NCBI RefSeq assembly: GCF_009914755.1
Contig: NC_060934.1
Strand: one strand, 5' to 3'
Length of the DNA stretch: 64,000 nucleotides
Source: the human T2T-CHM13v2.0 reference genome, Homo sapiens
Under the pieces are notes generated by a model, which did not search any database, was not told the origin of the DNA, and saw only the letters and a list, made by a program, of their open reading frames with translations. The position numbers and the translations under genes were made by a program. Position 1 is the first letter of the stretch. Each line of letters opens with the position of its first letter. Positions 59,913 through 64,000 of this stretch are shown here, piece after piece.

Positions 59913-62900
59913 GCAATCATCGAATGGTCTCGAATGGAATCATCTTCAAATGGAAAGGAATGGAATCATCACATAGAATCGAATGGAATTATCATTGAAT
60001 GGACTCGAATGGAATCAAAATCACACGGAATCAAATGGAATTATCGAATGCAATCGAAGAGAATCATCGAATGGCCACGAATGGAATCATCTAATGGAAT
60101 GGAATGGAATAATCCAGGGACCCGAATGCAATCACCATCAAATAGAATCGAATGGAATCATCGAATGGACTCGAATGGAATAATCATTGAACAGAATCGA
60201 ATGGAACCATCGTCGAATGGAAACGAATGGAATCATCATCGAATGCAAATGAAAGGAGTCATCATCTAATGGAATCGCATGGAATCATCATCAAATGGCA
60301 TCGAATGGAATCATCATCGAATGGAATCTAACGGAATCACTGAACGGAATTGAATGGAATCGTCACCGAATGAATTGAATGCAATCATCGAATGGTCTCG
60401 AATGGAATCATCTTCAAATGGAATGGAATGGAATCTTCGCATAGAATCGAATGGAATTATCATCGAATGTACTCAAATGGAATCAACATCAAACGGAATC
60501 AAACGGAATTATCGAATGGAATCGAAGACAATCATTGAATGGACTCGAATGGAATCATCTAATGAAATAGAATGGAATAATCCATGGACTCGAATGCAAT
60601 CATCATCAAATGGAATCGAATGGAATCGTCGAATGGACTCGAATGCAATAAACATTGAACGGAATCGAATGGAATCATCATCGGAGGTAAACGAATGGAA
60701 TTATCATCGAAAGGAATCGAATGGAATCATCAAATGGAATCAGATGGAATCATCATCAAATGGAATCGAATAGAATTATGGAATGAAATCCAATGTGGTC
60801 ATCATCGAATGGACTCGAACGGAATCATCACCCAATGGAAACTAATGGAATCAACATCGAATGGAATCGAATGGAAACGCCATCGAATTGAAACGAATGG
60901 AATTATCATGAAATTGAAATGGATGGACTCATCATCGAATGGATTCGCATGGAATCATCGAATGAAATTGATTGAAATCATCATCATATGGAATCGAATG
61001 GAATCATTGAATGGAATCGAATGGAATCATCATCAGATGGAAATGAATGGAATCATCAGAGAATGGAATCGAATGGATTCATTGAATGGAATCTGATGGA
61101 ATCATCGAATGGACTTGAGTGGAATCATTGAATGGACTCGAATGGAATCATTATTCAAAGGAATTGAATGGAATCATCGAATGGTCTCGAATGGAATCAT
61201 TATCAAATGGAATCGAATGGAATCACCGAATAGAATCGAATGGAACAATCATCGAATGGACTCAAATGGAATTATCCTCAAAAGGAATCGAATGGAATTA
61301 TCGAATGCAATCGAATAGAATCATCGAATGGACTCGAATGGAATCGTCGAAAGGAATGGAATGGAATAGTCAATGAACTCGAATGGAATCATCATTGAAT
61401 GGAATCGAATGGAATCATCGAGTGGAATCGAATGGAATCATGATCAAATGGAATCGAATGTAATCATCATCAAATGGAATCAAAAATAACCTTCATCAAT
61501 TGGTATTGAATAGAATTGTCATCAAATGGAATTCAAAGTAATCATCATCAAATGGAATCGAATGGAATCATCATCAAATGGAATCTAATGGTATCATTGA
61601 ACGGAATTGAATGGAATTGGCATTGAATGAATTGAATGCAATCATCGAATGGTCTCTAATGGAATCATCTTCAAATGGAAAGGAATGGAATCATCGCATA
61701 GAATCGAATGGAATTATCATTGAATGGACTAAAATGGAATCAACATCAAACGGAATCAAACGGAATTATCGAATGGAATCAAAGAGAATCATCGAATGGC
61801 CACGAATGGAATCATCTAATGGAATGGAATGGAATAATCCATGGACCCGAGTGCAATCATTATCGAATAGAATCGAATGGAATAATCGAATGGACTCGAA
61901 TGGAATAATCATTGAAACGAATCAAATGAAATCATCGTCGAATGGAAACGAATGGAATCATCATCGAATTTAAATGAAAGGAGTCATCATCTAATGGAAT
62001 CGCATGGAATCATCATCAAATGGAATCGAATGGAATCATCATCGAATGGAATCTAATGGAATCATTGAACGGAATTGAATCGAATCATCATTGAATGAAT
62101 TGAATGCAATCATTGAATGGTCTCGAATGGAAACATCTTCAAATGGAATGGAATGGAATCATCGCATAGAATCGAATGGAATTATCATCGAATGGACTCA
62201 AATGGAATCAACATCAATTGGAATCAAACGGAATTATCGAATGGAATCGAAGAGAATCATCGAATGACCACGAATGGAATCATCTAATGGAATGGAATGG
62301 AATAATCCATGGACCCGAATGCAATCGTCATCGAATAGAATCGAATGGAATCATCGAATGGACTCGAATGGAATAATCATTGAACGGAATCGAATGGAAT
62401 CATCGTCGAATGGAAATGAAAGGAGTCATCATCTAATGGAATCGCATGGAATCATCATCAAATGGAATCGAATGGAATCATCATCGAATGGAATCTAATG
62501 GAATCATTGAACGGAATTGAATGGAATCGTCATCGAATGTATTGAATGCAATCATCGAATGGTCTCGAATGGAATCATCTTCAAATGGAATGGAATGGAA
62601 TCATCGCATAGAATCGAATGGAATTATCATCGAATGGACTCAAATGGAATCAACATCAATCGGAATCCAATGGAATTATCGAATGGAATCGAAGAGAATC
62701 ATCGAATGGACTCGAATGGAATCATCTAATGAAATAGAATGGAAGAATCCATGGACTCGAATGCAATCATCATCAAATGGAATCGAATGGAATCGTCGAA
62801 TGGGCTCGAATGCAATAAACATAGAACGGAATTGAATGGAATCATCATCGGAGGTAAACGAATGCAATTATCATGGAATGGAATCGAATGTTATCATCAA

Positions 62901-64000
62901 ATGGAATCAGATCGAATCATCATCAAATGGAATCGAATAGAATTATGGAATGAAATCAAATGTGATCATCATCGAAAGGACTCGAACGGAATCATCATTC
63001 AATGGAAACTAATGGAATCAACATCGAATGGAATCGAATGGAAACACCATCGAATTGAAACGAATGGAATTATCATGAAATTGAAATGGATGGACTCATC
63101 ATGGAATGGATTCGAATGGAATCATCGAATGAAATTCATTGAAATCATCATCAAATGGAATCGAATGGAATCATTGAATGGAATCGAATGGAATCAACAT
63201 CAGATGGAAATGAATGGAATCATCAGAGAATGGAATCGAATGGATTCATTGAATGGAATCAGATGGAATCATCGAATGGACTTGAATGGAATCATTGAAA
63301 GGACTCAAATGGAATCATTATTGAATGGAATTGAATGGAATCATCGAATGGTCTCCAATGGAATCATTATCAATGGAATCGAATGGAATCACCGAATAGA
63401 ATCGAATTGAACAATCATCGAATGGTCTCAAATGGAATTATCCTCAAATGGAATCGAATGGAATTATCGAATGCAATCGAATGGAATTATCGAATGCAAT
63501 TGAATAGAATCAACGAATGGACTCGAATGGAATCATCGAATGGAATGGAATGGAATAGTGAATGAACTTGAATGGAATCATCATTGAATGGAATCGAATG
63601 GAATCATCGAGTGGAATCGAATGGAATCATGATCAAATGGAATCGAATGTAATCATCATCAAATGGAATCAAAAATAACCATCATCAATTGGTATTGTAT
63701 GGAATTGTCATCAAATGGAATTCAAAGGAATCATCAAATGGAAAAGAATGGAATCATCATCGAATGGAAGCGAAAGGAGTCATCATCTAATGGAATCGCA
63801 TGGAATCATCATCAAATGGAATCGCACGGAATCATCATCAAATGGAATCTAATGGAATCATCATCGAATGGAATCTAATGGAATCATTGAACAGAATTGA
63901 GTGGAATCTTCATCGAATGAATTGAATGCAATCATCGAATGGTCTCGAATGGAATCATCTTCAAATGGAAAGGAATGGAATCATCGCATAGAATCGAATG
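59913..64000 (+). repeat. 29,956-bp macro-repeat, partial copy 3 (4,088 bp, cut by window end)
   Basis: ORFs at 59983, 60354, 61611, 62739 and 63663 equal 71, 442, 1699, 2827 and 3751 plus 59,912. Confidence 0.96.

Larger units (their letters stand above)
1..64000 (+). repeat. Human satellite II (HSat2/HSATII) tandem array, GGAAT strand on +
   Basis: Continuous degenerate (GAATG)n with the HSat2-type 23/26-bp pattern ATCATCGAATGGAATCGAATGGA (reverse complement CATTCGATTCCATTCGATGAT). TCGA (TaqI) and GANTC (HinfI) sites are dense. Pure GGAAT runs are only 3-4 copies long, unlike HSat3. No unique sequence seen. Confidence 0.97.

Noticed and set aside
22-63878. Hundreds of + strand ORFs (up to 241 aa; MESSSNGIEWNH-type peptides)
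   Set aside because: They overlap in all three frames, are low-complexity translations of GAATG/CAT repeats, and open and close through random substitutions between paralogs. No domain, splice or expression evidence.
1-64000. CRISPR-like repeat/spacer array
   Set aside because: No constant repeat separated by unique spacers and no cas genes; all intervening sequence is the same satellite.
1-64000. HSat3, alpha satellite or telomeric repeat
   Set aside because: Lacks long pure (GGAAT)n tracts, 171-bp monomers, CENP-B boxes and TTAGGG. The CATCATCGAATGGAATCGAATG pattern indicates HSat2.
1-64000. Strand inversion or inserted Alu/L1/ERV
   Set aside because: The GGAAT orientation is constant on + and I saw no non-satellite stretch or poly(A) tail.
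1-64000. HSF1 heat-shock elements or EWS-FLI1 GGAA microsatellites
   Set aside because: The GAA units are head-to-tail rather than inverted nGAAn arrays, and there are no consecutive (GGAA)n tetramer runs.
1-64000. Specific chromosome or HSat2 subfamily assignment
   Set aside because: The ~1.8-kb spacing hints at an HSat2A-like family, but this cannot be established without alignment to reference assemblies.

Overview
The whole 64 kb window is one uninterrupted array of human/hominoid Satellite II (HSat2/HSATII) pericentromeric DNA, with GGAAT on the + strand and a degenerate 23/26-bp monomer (A)TCATCGAATGGAATCGAATGGA. I see no genes, RNA genes, transposons or inversions, and all listed ORFs are by-products of the repeat. 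The interesting signal is a nested hierarchy of periods: 5-bp GAATG; 23/26-bp monomers; ~440-470-bp modules plus a ~0.9-kb core; variable 1.35-2.9-kb units (14 core landmarks per cycle, most often ~1.8 kb apart); a ~4.0-kb duplication and a 4,407/4,408-bp triplication; and a near-perfect 29,956-bp higher-order macro-unit present ~2.14 times. By eye I found only 8 substitutions and no net indel between macro-unit copies. Rearrangement junctions with microhomology, patchwork variant sharing and DUX4-type motifs can be read directly from the sequence. I cannot assign the chromosome, or say whether this ~30-kb period is already catalogued, without a search.
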